NCBI GenBank assembly: GCA_937930655.1
Contig: CALHBU010000248.1
Location: forward strand, 1-37,334
Length of the DNA: 37,334 nt
DNA from: an uncultured Acidimicrobiales bacterium
GTDB taxonomy: Bacteria; Actinomycetota; Acidimicrobiia; Acidimicrobiales; SZUA-35
Direction of reading: 5' to 3'
Shown here in pieces: positions 9,248-18,862 of the stretch (position 1 is its first letter; every line of letters begins with the position of its first letter). The notes beneath the pieces were generated by a model that saw only the letters and a program-made list of their open reading frames with translations, ran no database searches and was not told where the DNA came from. A program made the position numbers and the translations under genes.

Positions 9248-9305
9248 GAGTCCGCAACGACTGCCTGTCGGTTACCTATCTGCCAACAGGGCGGGGAGAG
9301 ATTTC

Positions 9306-10052
9306 TTGTCATCTGGTTCGCTGCTCATCCTGCTGGTGGTCAACGCTGCACTTGTCGTTGTCGCGATCGTTGGCTGGATGCTGGCGTGGCGTCGGTCGGC
9401 ATCAACGCAACAGCAGAAGGCAACGGCCAAGGCCGACACCGTTGCTGACACCACCGCTGCGAGCGATGACCACCAAGAACGAGACTCCATACGAGAGCTG
9501 CGCCGCGAGCTTCGGGCCGAGCAGAGCCTTCTTGATGGAGTAGCGGCGGCCAACGGAGTCTCCCCTCGCGACTTCCGACGCTCATTGGCAACCCAGTATC
9601 TCCATGCAGCCGACCCCTACCGGTGGCATCACCAGCAGGGGGTTGTCGACACCGAGGAGACCAACGCCAACGGCACAGACTTCTCAACTGGCACCGAGTC
9701 TTTCAATGGGCAACAGGCTCCTGACAGTCAGGTAGCCCGCCAGTTGGCCGAAAAGGAGGCTGAGTTGGAGAAGACCCGCCTCGCGTTAACCGAGATCCGA
9801 TGTCGGGTCGAACACCTGCTCGAACAACGGCGGCGTCAGCTTCCCACCATGCCGGGCGACGTCATCGATCTTCGAGAAGAGGTGGCTGAGTTGCGTTCGC
9901 AGATGGCCGACCGGGCCATTGAGGCCGATCGGCTGCGAGCGACCATCAACCAGCGAACGCAGGCCGAGCCAGAAATCAGCGCCATCGTTGACCAGCTCAC
10001 CGTTCTTCGGGAGCGAGTTCTGGAACTACGGCCGTCCGACCAGGCGAGGTAG
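9306..10052 (+). CDS. Hypothetical protein with an N-terminal TM helix and coiled-coil segments
   Basis: Hydrophobic N-terminus, then heptad-rich E/R/L/Q stretches; GGGGAGAG RBS before TTG 9306; ends 7 nt before aroA. Confidence 0.7.
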   Translation: MSSGSLLILLVVNAALVVVAIVGWMLAWRRSASTQQQKATAKADTVADTTAASDDHQERDSIRELRRELRAEQSLLDGVAAANGVSPRDFRRSLATQYLHAADPYRWHHQQGVVDTEETNANGTDFSTGTESFNGQQAPDSQVARQLAEKEAELEKTRLALTEIRCRVEHLLEQRRRQLPTMPGDVIDLREEVAELRSQMADRAIEADRLRATINQRTQAEPEISAIVDQLTVLRERVLELRPSDQAR

Positions 10053-10059
10053 GACAGCG

Positions 10060-11334
10060 TTGACCTCTGCTCCTCCTCGGAAGGTGCAACCCCTCCGCCA
10101 CCGACTCGATGTCACAGCACCGGTACCGGGCTCGAAGAGCCACACCAATCGGGCCTTAATCTGTGCCGCCCTTGCTTCCGGTACCAGTCAGCTGTCGGGG
10201 GCACTGTTTGCCGACGACACACTGGCCATGGTCGACACGTTGCGAGAGCTTGGGTCCGACATCGTCACCGAGCCCGACGGTGCTTCGATGCTGGTGTCGG
10301 GAACAGGTGGACGTCTTCGGCCAGGCCCTACGGTTCTGAATGTCCGCCAATCAGGAACCACCGGTCGCTTCATACTGCCGCTCCTGACGTTGGGCGATGG
10401 ATACTACGAGCTCGACGGCGATCCCCAGCTCAGGAGCCGACCCTTCGGCGACTTGGTCGATGCTCTTGGCTCGCTCGGCGCAAAGATCGAGGGAACTCGG
10501 TTGCCGTTGAAAGTCACCGGAGGAACCCTCGATGGCGGGCAGGTGTCGGTGAGCGGCTCGGTTTCGAGCCAATTCCTCTCCGGCCTTCTTCTTGGCGCCC
10601 CCGGCGCAGCCAGTGAAGTAGAGATCACGGTGGACGGAACGCTCGTCTCTCGCCCCTATGTCGATCTCACGTTGTCGACCATGGCGACGTTCTCGGCGGT
10701 TGTGGAACGCCACGACTATCAACGTTTCGTCGTGGCCCCTAACGGTTACCAGGCAGCCTCGGTGCTGATCGAGCCCGATGCGTCTGCTGCCTCCTACTTC
10801 TTCGGCGCCGCCGCCATCACCGGCGGTCGGGTGACCGTCGATGGGCTGGGCACCAACACGGTGCAGGGCGACATGGCGTTCGTCGACGTCCTTGAGCGCA
10901 TGGGCTGCACGGTGGAGCAGAGCGAGTCCCGCACCACAGTGATTGGCCCTACTCAGCTGAAGCCGGTCTCCGTTGACATGGCAGATTTCAGCGATACGGC
11001 ACAGACTCTCGCCGTCGTTGCGACCTTCGCCGACGGACCCTCCGAGCTTCGGGGAATCGGCTTTATCCGCCACAAGGAAACCGACCGGGTCGGCGCGGTG
11101 GCAACCGAGTTGGCCCGTCGTGGCATCGCCGTTGATCAAACCGACGATTCGTTGGTTGTTCATCCCGGGTCGCCGACTCCCGGCGTGATCGAAACCTACG
11201 ACGACCATCGAATGGCGATGAGCTTTGCCCTCCTGGGTCTTTGTCATGCCGGTATCGAGATCGCCGATCCCGGATGCGTCGCCAAGACGTTCCCGGACTT
11301 CTTCTCGGTTCTCGACAGCCTCGCAGCACCATGA
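10060..11334 (+). CDS. aroA: 3-phosphoshikimate 1-carboxyvinyltransferase (EPSP synthase)
   Basis: PGSKSHTNRAL, SGTTGRF, SSQFLSGLL, SRPYVDLT, EPDASAASYF, RHKETDR, DDHRMAMSF and CVAKTFPDF. TTG start at 10060 after GAGGTAGGA. Confidence 0.97.
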   Translation: MTSAPPRKVQPLRHRLDVTAPVPGSKSHTNRALICAALASGTSQLSGALFADDTLAMVDTLRELGSDIVTEPDGASMLVSGTGGRLRPGPTVLNVRQSGTTGRFILPLLTLGDGYYELDGDPQLRSRPFGDLVDALGSLGAKIEGTRLPLKVTGGTLDGGQVSVSGSVSSQFLSGLLLGAPGAASEVEITVDGTLVSRPYVDLTLSTMATFSAVVERHDYQRFVVAPNGYQAASVLIEPDASAASYFFGAAAITGGRVTVDGLGTNTVQGDMAFVDVLERMGCTVEQSESRTTVIGPTQLKPVSVDMADFSDTAQTLAVVATFADGPSELRGIGFIRHKETDRVGAVATELARRGIAVDQTDDSLVVHPGSPTPGVIETYDDHRMAMSFALLGLCHAGIEIADPGCVAKTFPDFFSVLDSLAAP

Positions 11335-12368
11335 GAGCGGTCCTGCTTACTGGAGAGCAGCAGACCAGTCTGGTGGAGTTGGATGAACCAACGTTGTTGT
11401 CGGGCGCGCTCATTGTCGAAGTCCTTCGATGCGGTATCGGTGGCTCGGACGTCGAGAGCTTCCTCACCGGTCGCCTGCCAGCACCAGCCTGGTTCGGACA
11501 TGAATGGACGGGACGTGTTGTCGCGGTGGCCGACGATGTTGCCGGACACTTCGAAGGCGAACGGGTTCTCGGCGCAGCACCGCCACCCTGCGGCGGATGC
11601 CGACCCTGCCGGTCAGGCCTTGGCAGTCACTGCGCGGTGGTGCTCGACATGATCATCGGTGCCGATCCGCTGGCTAGCAACCATGGGGCCTTTGCCGAGC
11701 GCATCCGGGTCGATGCTCGTCGGGTCCATCGAGTGCCCGAGGGTATCGACGAAGACGGAGCGGCGTTGGCCGAGCCGGCGGCTGTTGCCACCCATGCGGT
11801 GGCCCGAGCCGATGTGGCTATGGGGGACATCGTGGTCGTCGTCGGTGCCGGAACCATTGGATTGTTAGTGGCCGAGATCGCCCGCCTGTCTGGCGCTGGC
11901 GCCGTGCTGGCCGTCGATCCTCATGAGGGCCGACGCGAGCTGGCCTGTGACCTTGGCGCCGACGCCGCTCTTGCCCCTGGCGCTGATGTTGCTCGCTGGT
12001 TGGCCGACAAAGGCCATGGGCTGGGGGCCGACGTCGCCTTCGACTGCGCAGCCGGTGCTACCTCGCTTGTAACCGCGTCGGCGTCTATTCGGCGGGGTGG
12101 CACCGTGGTAGCGGTGGGTGTCAGGCAGTCGAAAAACGTCATGACCGCACCTGACATTCTCGAGAGGGAGGCCGATCTGCGGGCTGCCCTGGGCTACCAG
12201 GTGGCCGATGTGCGCCGGGCCCTTGATCTAATGGCAGACGATCGTCTCAAGGTTGGGCCGATCATCGACCCTGAACCGGTTCCGCTCAGCGGACTGGATG
12301 GTGTGCTCAGAGCCTTGGCTGCCGGTGGCCGAGACCGACAGAAACGGTTGGTCCAACCGGCGCTCTAG
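11331..12368 (+). CDS. Zinc-type medium-chain dehydrogenase/reductase (threonine/sorbitol-DH-like)
   Basis: GHE motif, structural Zn cluster CGGCRPCRSGLGSHC, LAEP and Rossmann GAGTIG; ATGA overlap with aroA. The usual CGICGSD reads CGIGGSD. Confidence 0.88.
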   Translation: MRAVLLTGEQQTSLVELDEPTLLSGALIVEVLRCGIGGSDVESFLTGRLPAPAWFGHEWTGRVVAVADDVAGHFEGERVLGAAPPPCGGCRPCRSGLGSHCAVVLDMIIGADPLASNHGAFAERIRVDARRVHRVPEGIDEDGAALAEPAAVATHAVARADVAMGDIVVVVGAGTIGLLVAEIARLSGAGAVLAVDPHEGRRELACDLGADAALAPGADVARWLADKGHGLGADVAFDCAAGATSLVTASASIRRGGTVVAVGVRQSKNVMTAPDILEREADLRAALGYQVADVRRALDLMADDRLKVGPIIDPEPVPLSGLDGVLRALAAGGRDRQKRLVQPAL

Positions 12369-12382
12369 CCCCCTTCTGGGGC
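12368..12382. terminator. Possible short hairpin terminator between convergent genes
   Basis: GCCCC-CTTCT-GGGGC lies at the junction between the MDR and otsA stops; it has no U-tract. Confidence 0.3.
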
Positions 12383-12389
12383 GTACCCT

Positions 12390-13835
12390 CTAGGGCGCCA
12401 GCTGCTTCAGAAAGCCGGTTGCCCAACAGACCGCGTCGTCCTTGGAGACCGAGCGTCGCATCGTGCGCATGCGTCGCCGAGCCTCGTCGGCCTTCATATC
12501 GACCGCTTGGACAATGGCCGTTTTGAGACCATCGATGTCGTAGGGATTGACTAGCAGCGCCGTTTTGAGCTGATGGGCGGCGCCCGCGAATTCCGAGAGC
12601 ACCAGGACCCCGGACTCGTCGTGGCGGGCCGCCACGTACTCTTTGGCCACCAGGTTCATGCCATCCCTGAACGGTGTGACCAGCATGACATCAGCTGCCC
12701 GGTACATAGCCAGTAGCTCGCTGAAGGAGCGGGTCCGGTGAATGTAGTGGACGACGGGATAACCGACTCTTCCGAAGTCGCCGTTGATCTCGCCAACCAG
12801 ACGCTCGACCCGTTCCCGCAGGCTGACATACGCCTCCACCTGATCTCGACTGGGTTCGGCGATCTGGATCATGCTCACCTGTGATGCGTGGAGGCGTTCT
12901 TCAGCCAGGAGCTCCTTGAAGGCCCGCAGTCGTACATCGATGCCCTTGGTGTAGTCCAGACGATCCACGCCCAGAAGCACGGTATGTGGTTGACCGAGCT
13001 GGGCCCGCAGGTCGCGTGATTCTTCGGTGACGTCGTGATCGCGAGACGCAGTGTCGTAGCGCTCGTAGTCGATGCCAATGGGGAACGACCGAACGCTAAC
13101 GGCTCGGCCTTCGACGTCCAGAGTGTTCTTGCCGGTTCGTGTCGCTTCGCCGAGGCTGACTGCCAGTCGATGAAAATTGCCGGCGTCATCTGGAGACTGG
13201 AAGCCGACCAGGTCAGAGCCGAGAATCCCGGCAGTGAGTTCGCGCCGCCACGGAAGCTGGGAGAAAAGTTCGGGCGACGGAAAGGGGATGTGGAGGAAGT
13301 AGCCGATTCGTAGATCGGGGCGGAGTGCTCGCAGCATGCCGGGCACCAGCTGAAGCTGGTAGTCGTGAACCCAGACGATGGCGCCCTTGGCCGCTTCTTT
13401 GGCCGCATGCTCGGCGAAGCGCTGGTTGACCTTTCGGTAGCCCTCGTACCAGTGGCGGTGGAACTCGGCAGGCTGGATCTTGTCGTGGTAGAGCGGCCAT
13501 AGCGTGCCGTTGGCCATGCCCTCGTAGTGGAGTTCGCGCTCTTCTTCGGAGAGCCGGACCGGCACCAGTCTCATCCCGTCGTGATCGAATGCCGAGGGAG
13601 TCCGCCGAGCCTCCTCGCCGGTCCAGCCCAGCCAGGCGACATTGTCGAAATCGGCCATCGCCGGTTTGAGAGCGGCCACCAACCCGCCGGGGCTGGTCAT
13701 CCACCGCGCTTTTCCGCCCGGTGTCTCGGCCCGGGCTACAGGAAGCCGGTTGGCGACGATGACCAGAGAAGCTTGTTTGTTATTGCTCGGCTTTCGTTTT
13801 GGTCGACTCGCTGGGCTGGTTCGAGTAGAGGCCAT
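12390..13835 (-). CDS. otsA: Trehalose-6-phosphate synthase (GT20)
   Basis: [61 protein letters not shown] and [15 protein letters not shown]7-ATG at 13835 suggests a leaderless start. Confidence 0.96.
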   Translation of the reverse strand: MASTRTSPASRPKRKPSNNKQASLVIVANRLPVARAETPGGKARWMTSPGGLVAALKPAMADFDNVAWLGWTGEEARRTPSAFDHDGMRLVPVRLSEEERELHYEGMANGTLWPLYHDKIQPAEFHRHWYEGYRKVNQRFAEHAAKEAAKGAIVWVHDYQLQLVPGMLRALRPDLRIGYFLHIPFPSPELFSQLPWRRELTAGILGSDLVGFQSPDDAGNFHRLAVSLGEATRTGKNTLDVEGRAVSVRSFPIGIDYERYDTASRDHDVTEESRDLRAQLGQPHTVLLGVDRLDYTKGIDVRLRAFKELLAEERLHASQVSMIQIAEPSRDQVEAYVSLRERVERLVGEINGDFGRVGYPVVHYIHRTRSFSELLAMYRAADVMLVTPFRDGMNLVAKEYVAARHDESGVLVLSEFAGAAHQLKTALLVNPYDIDGLKTAIVQAVDMKADEARRRMRTMRRSVSKDDAVCWATGFLKQLAP

Positions 13836-13877
13836 GTCCCTCAGTATCACCCCTTGGGCCGGCAAAGGGGGCGAAGG

Positions 13878-15353
13878 TCAGACCAGAGAGAGCGTTCCGG
13901 TGTCGGAGACCTCGGCGGCCCGACCAACCCCTTCGACGGTCATCAGTTCGTGCATGAGGTCGGTATCGTTGCTATTGCTCCATGTCCGGTCGCCGCTGGG
14001 GGTTCGGACAGATGCCAGCGCCTGGTCGGGACCACCAGCACCGTGCATGACGGTGTAGGCCTCGACGGTGCAGGGCCCAACGTAGGATTCGTTCAAGGTC
14101 GTGGCCGGGACGGCATCGACCGCTTCCTGGACGTTCTCAGCCACAAACGGCTTGTCCGAAGGCTCGGTGGAGTACAGGCCGAGCGCGTGCTTGGTCAGGT
14201 AGCCGCCGTTGGCGGTGACCAGACCTACCGAACCAGGGTCGTCCCGAAGTGTGCCAGCCATGGTGGCGATGGAATGGGTGACGTAGTTGTTAAGTGGTCC
14301 TCCGGCAAAGGTCAGACCGCCGGTTTGGGTCAGTTGCCGGTCGAGACCGATGCCGAGCTCGGTCGCCGAAATCTGTACCGCTGAGGGGAAGCACGAGTAG
14401 ATGTCGATGTGGTCGACGTGATCAACATCGGTTTCGGCCAACTCGAACAAGCGACGGCCGGCCTCTTTGATAGCGGGCGAGGAATGCAAGTCTCGCCGAG
14501 TCGAGACGGTGTAGGTGTCGTGAGCATCGGTTCCGACGTGGGGGAAGACCCAACGGTCCCGGGGAACCCCGGCCGCTTCGGCCGCCTCGGCCGAGCACAG
14601 CAACAAGGCTGCCGCCTGATCGAGATTCCAGTTGGAGTTCATGGACTTGGTGTACGGGAACCCGACCATCCGGTTGTTGGAGCTGGCCGTCATGATCTCG
14701 TCAGCCGACATTGGCGTTCGGAGCCAGGCGTGGGGGTTGGCGACGGCTGCCTGGTTGAAGGTTTCCCACAGCTCAGCCACCCGGCGACGATGATCGTCCA
14801 GTGATTCACCTCTGCTGTGGCGGAATGCCGATTCGAAGATGGGATAGAAGTTCACTGGCATTTCGAGACCGCGCTCAAGCTCGAACGGTGTCGACATCTG
14901 CACCTCGGACTGGAACCGCTCGTCGGGCTCAACACCCTCTTGGGTGGTGAGGTCCCGGGGAATCCCCGCTGCTTTCTTCTTGCGGCGACTCCAGATGGTC
15001 TCGCCACCGGCGATGGCCACAACCGATAGCTCGCCGGCCTGGATACGGGCCGACATGGCGTTGACGAACGACTGCGGGGTGTTGCCACCGGTGGCCGACA
15101 ACAGTGTTTTGGCCCCGGGAGCTCCTACCGCGTCGGCGATGAGTCGGGCCGGGTCGGAGTAGGCCCAGGCGCCGTCGACAACGCCGATGGCATCAAGCTT
15201 GGAGAGGAGTGACGGTGCCCCAGCATCGGCGGCGGCACCTTCGACGACCGCCTGCACCAGCTTGACGGCTTCGACGGCGTCGGCGAGATCGTCAGGCCGC
15301 TGCGTGATCTGGGAGACACCAACGAGGACGGGAGTACGGGGATCGATGCTCAT
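13878..15353 (-). CDS. Thiolase-like protein (atypical acetyl-CoA acetyltransferase, TLP1-like with extra C-terminal domain)
   Basis: PRTPVLVGVSQ, GGNTPQ, NRMVGFPYTK, DQAAA, DIYSCFPSAV, TGGLTFAGGPLNNY, ANGGYLTKH and a C-terminal VEAYTV domain. Confidence 0.88.
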   Translation of the reverse strand: MSIDPRTPVLVGVSQITQRPDDLADAVEAVKLVQAVVEGAAADAGAPSLLSKLDAIGVVDGAWAYSDPARLIADAVGAPGAKTLLSATGGNTPQSFVNAMSARIQAGELSVVAIAGGETIWSRRKKKAAGIPRDLTTQEGVEPDERFQSEVQMSTPFELERGLEMPVNFYPIFESAFRHSRGESLDDHRRRVAELWETFNQAAVANPHAWLRTPMSADEIMTASSNNRMVGFPYTKSMNSNWNLDQAAALLLCSAEAAEAAGVPRDRWVFPHVGTDAHDTYTVSTRRDLHSSPAIKEAGRRLFELAETDVDHVDHIDIYSCFPSAVQISATELGIGLDRQLTQTGGLTFAGGPLNNYVTHSIATMAGTLRDDPGSVGLVTANGGYLTKHALGLYSTEPSDKPFVAENVQEAVDAVPATTLNESYVGPCTVEAYTVMHGAGGPDQALASVRTPSGDRTWSNSNDTDLMHELMTVEGVGRAAEVSDTGTLSLV

Positions 15354-15369
15354 GGTGAGCCAGGCTAGG

Positions 15370-15777
15370 TCAGCCTAGATGGCCAAGCGAAGCGCCGAGG
15401 AACAGGATGACCAGGGCGGAGACGGCGCCGACGGCTCCGGTGAGTGCAACCACTGCCCGCTTCTCGCTTTGGCTATGGGTGAAGGCCGAAAAGCCGGCAA
15501 CGACGACCAGCAGAATCTTGATGCCGAGTGTGGCGTTGTAGCCAGAGGGCAACTGATCGGGCCCGGCCAGCAAGTTCCAGATGCCGGTGATGAACGCCAA
15601 GCCGAAGGCCGGCCACGCCACCTTGGCGAAGCCATTGGCTGCGGCCTTCGTTGCCTCGGGGCCGATCTTGCGTAGTCCGGGAACCATGCCGGCTAGAACA
15701 AACTGCCCGCCGACCCAAACGGAGGCGGCCAGGAGATGAAGGAAGATGCGGATGGTGTCAAGCGTTGGGCTAAGCAC
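15370..15777 (-). CDS. Small four-TM membrane protein, CopD-like
   Basis: FLHLLAASVWVGGQ, ITGIWN and LGIKILLV pattern typical of CopD-like four-helix membrane proteins. Confidence 0.75.
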   Translation of the reverse strand: MLSPTLDTIRIFLHLLAASVWVGGQFVLAGMVPGLRKIGPEATKAAANGFAKVAWPAFGLAFITGIWNLLAGPDQLPSGYNATLGIKILLVVVAGFSAFTHSQSEKRAVVALTGAVGAVSALVILFLGASLGHLG

Positions 15778-15839
15778 AATGTCGATTCGGTTGAGGCGAC
15801 TGGATGTTTGATTGGAAGTCTGGCTGGATGGCTGGTCGG

Positions 15840-16475
15840 TCAGCGACCGAGGATCTTGCCGAGCAAGCCGCCCAGCCCACCCTTTTGACCACCGGCTGAG
15901 CCGCCGCCACCAGCTGCACCACCGGCCATGTCCATGACATCGTCGATGACGCTGCCGTCGCCATCAGCATCGAGGATCGAAGCGAGCCCGCCGAGACCCG
16001 GTGACTTGGTCTCCACCTGTCGTCTCTCGTCGTTGAGCATGGAGCCAAGACCGGCGTCGTCGAGACTCTTGGTCTGCTTTTGCTTGGCCAGGTAACCCAT
16101 GACGAGCGGTGCGAGAAGAGGGAGCAGCTTGGTGATCATGGAGAGATCGACACCGGTCTGTCCGGCGAGCTTCTGCTCGACCGGCGCTCTTTTCTGACCG
16201 AGAACATGACCGAGAATTGCTTCGCCTGGACCGCCGGTGAGGATGCTGCCCAAGTCGCCGAAGACCGAGTCGTTGTGTTCGTTGAGGGCGTTTGAGAGTG
16301 ACGCCGCCCCCGCCGGGCTTTTAGCATTGTTGGCTAATCCGCCAAGGATGGCGGGGAGTGCAGCCGAGATGAGAGGTCCCATGGCGCCTTCGTCGGCGCC
16401 AATGGCGCTGGCGAGTTGACCTGTGCCACCACTGCTGTTGAGTTGATCCATGATGCCGTCGAGCAGTCCGGACAT
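15840..16475 (-). CDS. DUF937-like protein
   Basis: AALPAILGGL, GAASLSNALNEH, ILGHVLG, LLPLLAPLVMGYL, LDADGDGSVIDD and a Gly-rich tail GGLLGKILG. Confidence 0.85.
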   Translation of the reverse strand: MSGLLDGIMDQLNSSGGTGQLASAIGADEGAMGPLISAALPAILGGLANNAKSPAGAASLSNALNEHNDSVFGDLGSILTGGPGEAILGHVLGQKRAPVEQKLAGQTGVDLSMITKLLPLLAPLVMGYLAKQKQTKSLDDAGLGSMLNDERRQVETKSPGLGGLASILDADGDGSVIDDVMDMAGGAAGGGGSAGGQKGGLGGLLGKILGR

Positions 16476-16511
16476 GTTGGTCTCTTTTCACTAGGGAGTC
16501 TTGGACGCTAG

Positions 16512-18764
16512 TCAAGATCTACAGGGTTGACCACGAAGCCGTCCGCATCCGACTGGCTGGTTGGGTGGATCCAAGGATGGAACAAGAGGAAGCAGGATCG
16601 AGGATGCGCTTGTGCCGCCGGTGTGGACGCTCACATCGGCGGTTTGGTCGAGTACCGCAAACGTCCACTGGGGCTTACTTCTACCCGGGGTATCAACCGA
16701 AAGTCTCAGCCTCGAACCGGGGCGGATCACGTGGGCAAAGGGGAGAATCTCGATCCGGGCCAGGACCACCTCACCATCGGTGAGCAGGTCGACGTCTTCT
16801 TCCCGATGAGAGGGTGCTGGTCGGAGCTCGGTGGCGTCGTCTTCCAACGTTCGTCGGGACAGCCGGAGCCACCCGGTTTGGATGTAGATCTCGTCTCCGT
16901 TGGAGTCGATCTCGGAGAGTGTGACCTCGACATCGGCGTCGTCAGCAACCTCGCCGTCGTCTCCAGCCGAGACTGACAGATACAGATCGGCGCTGGCCGG
17001 CCCGACGAAGACAGCCTCGTCCTCGAAGCGATCAGAGGTGAAGACGGCAGCACTGCTGGGCCTGGCCCACTGCCAATCAGGATCGTTGGTCCAGATGGTC
17101 GAGAGGTCGCCAATGGTTACGCCCGACCCTTCTTCGGGGTCAGTGGTGAACGACCGTATGCCGGCACTGCTGGGAGCCTCGGACCGCATGCGACCGGCAT
17201 CGGTCAGGTGAAGCCGGAGCGGTTCTACCTCACTGGGTGGCCATTGGTCGAACGTCGCACTGAAGCGAGACACCGGTAGTTGCGGTTGGGTAGCTCCGAG
17301 CTCAAAGAACACGAGCACCGAGGGTTCCGCCTCGTACTCGGCTCTCGCTTCGGCGAGCGTGCCCTGCCTCGTCGGCACTCCGGGGAAGGGAACTGACTCT
17401 CCAAAGACCGTTGACAGCCCAGCTCCGATGAGCAGCCGGGTGACGACGTCGAGGCCCTCGGTCGTTTCGCCGACATAGAGGTTGTAGAACTCAACGAGCG
17501 GGCCAAGGACCGAAGGTCCGAGAGGGTCGACGTGGAGTCCGTTGTAGAGGTGCGCTCGGACAACCGGAGCGGAGTCGAAATGACCCAGTAGGGCAGGAAA
17601 GCGCCCGCCAGTCTGTTCGTCCTGCCAGGCACCGGCCAAAAAGACGGGCACCGCGATGTTCGCGATCTCCGGCGAGCGGGAGGTGGTCAGCTCGTTGCGG
17701 AACGGGGTCTCCTTGATGCGCTGAATCAAATCTGGATTGTGAACTCGGAGTTCCTGGTTGCCGTCGCATTGGGTGTCGCCCGCCTCGACTCGCTGTTTTG
17801 TCCACGATTGGCCAAACGCCTGCGCTCGCTCAGTGACCTGGGCCGACCATGTCTCGCCGAACCCGTTGTTGTAGATGCCGCCCGGGTAGAGCACCGATTC
17901 GACTGAATCGATGACTGACAGGGGAGCGATAGCCGCCAGCGACGGGGGAGCGGTTGCAGCGACGTGCAGCTGCATGATTCCCGGGTAGCTGATGCCGTAC
18001 ATTGCAACGTTCGACGACCAGGCCTGGGCCGCCACCGTCTCTATGACGTCGTAGCCGTCGAGACCCTGGATTGGTTCGAAGGCATCGAATGATCCGCCGC
18101 TGCAGCCGGTGCCGCGGACGTTTACCTGGACCAGGGCGTAGCCCAATGACGTGATGAGGAAGCGCCCGGGGTCGTCGGCGTTGGGGTCCGATGGGCTGTA
18201 GCCCGAATACTCGACCAGGGTGGGGTAGGGGCCGGCACTCGCCAGTCCTGGCAGCGAAACGTAGGCCGACAGCGTGGTGCCGTCCCTGACAGTGATGTAG
18301 TTGAAGCCCGCTTCCAAGCGCTGCTGCTCATAGTGGTCGGCCGCCGGCGGACTGTCGCCTGGAAGCTGTACTGGCGGGGCCGCAGCCACCGCCGCACCGT
18401 CCTGCCAAACCTCGAGCTCCACCTCGATGCCGGTGGGAAGGCCTCGGACAATCGCTGATCCGTCGTCGGCCACGTCGCTTCGTCCGACCTCCCGATGGTC
18501 AGGGTCGAAGGCCACCAGCTCAGTGCCGGGCTCCGCTTCGAGAACCGTGAGCTGTTGAAATGAGGGAACAATCTCGAGCCCTACCGGGGGAAGGGTGGTG
18601 GGAGGGAGTGTTGTCGGAGGGGCGGTCGTTGGCAGAGCGGTTGTTGCTGAGGTGGCTGAGGTGGTTGAGGCTGAGGTGGTTGAGAACGACTGGTTGGAAC
18701 CATCGGTACACGCTCCAACACAGAGAGCTGTCGCGACAACGCAGTGGAGCCAACGGGACGACAT
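16512..18764 (-). CDS. CocE/NonD-family serine hydrolase (peptidase S15-like), probable lipoprotein
   Basis: Lipobox-like LCVGAC, S/T/P-rich linker, RDGTTL, GPYPTLVEYSGY, VNVRGTGCSGG, nucleophile motif GISYPG and a C-terminal jelly-roll region (GWLRLS, PGSRLRL). Confidence 0.88.
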   Translation of the reverse strand: MSSRWLHCVVATALCVGACTDGSNQSFSTTSASTTSATSATTALPTTAPPTTLPPTTLPPVGLEIVPSFQQLTVLEAEPGTELVAFDPDHREVGRSDVADDGSAIVRGLPTGIEVELEVWQDGAAVAAAPPVQLPGDSPPAADHYEQQRLEAGFNYITVRDGTTLSAYVSLPGLASAGPYPTLVEYSGYSPSDPNADDPGRFLITSLGYALVQVNVRGTGCSGGSFDAFEPIQGLDGYDVIETVAAQAWSSNVAMYGISYPGIMQLHVAATAPPSLAAIAPLSVIDSVESVLYPGGIYNNGFGETWSAQVTERAQAFGQSWTKQRVEAGDTQCDGNQELRVHNPDLIQRIKETPFRNELTTSRSPEIANIAVPVFLAGAWQDEQTGGRFPALLGHFDSAPVVRAHLYNGLHVDPLGPSVLGPLVEFYNLYVGETTEGLDVVTRLLIGAGLSTVFGESVPFPGVPTRQGTLAEARAEYEAEPSVLVFFELGATQPQLPVSRFSATFDQWPPSEVEPLRLHLTDAGRMRSEAPSSAGIRSFTTDPEEGSGVTIGDLSTIWTNDPDWQWARPSSAAVFTSDRFEDEAVFVGPASADLYLSVSAGDDGEVADDADVEVTLSEIDSNGDEIYIQTGWLRLSRRTLEDDATELRPAPSHREEDVDLLTDGEVVLARIEILPFAHVIRPGSRLRLSVDTPGRSKPQWTFAVLDQTADVSVHTGGTSASSILLPLVPSLDPPNQPVGCGRLRGQPCRS
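18580..18685 (-). repeat. Low-complexity S/T/P repeat encoding a linker (STTSA / PTTLP units)
   Basis: GGCTGAGGTG-type repeats in the DNA; protein STTSASTTSATSATTALPTTAPPTTLPPTTLPP. Confidence 0.7.
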
Positions 18765-18862
18765 CAGCTGAGTGTGGCAGCACGCAACAAAGAACCATCT
18801 TTAGAGCGAACTATCCCCCCACCACTGAAAGTGTCCGCTACACTACCCAGCGGGCGGAGTTG

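Noticed and set aside
12390-13835. otsA without adjacent otsB, and msiK-like ATPase without permeases, as anomalies
   Set aside because: Both arrangements are common in Actinobacteria, with partners encoded elsewhere.
18560-18862. N-terminal extension of the 960-aa ORF (LLRWLRWLRLRW...)
   Set aside because: It is the antisense reading of the S/T/P linker and signal peptide of the hydrolase gene; the real start is most likely downstream of 18764.
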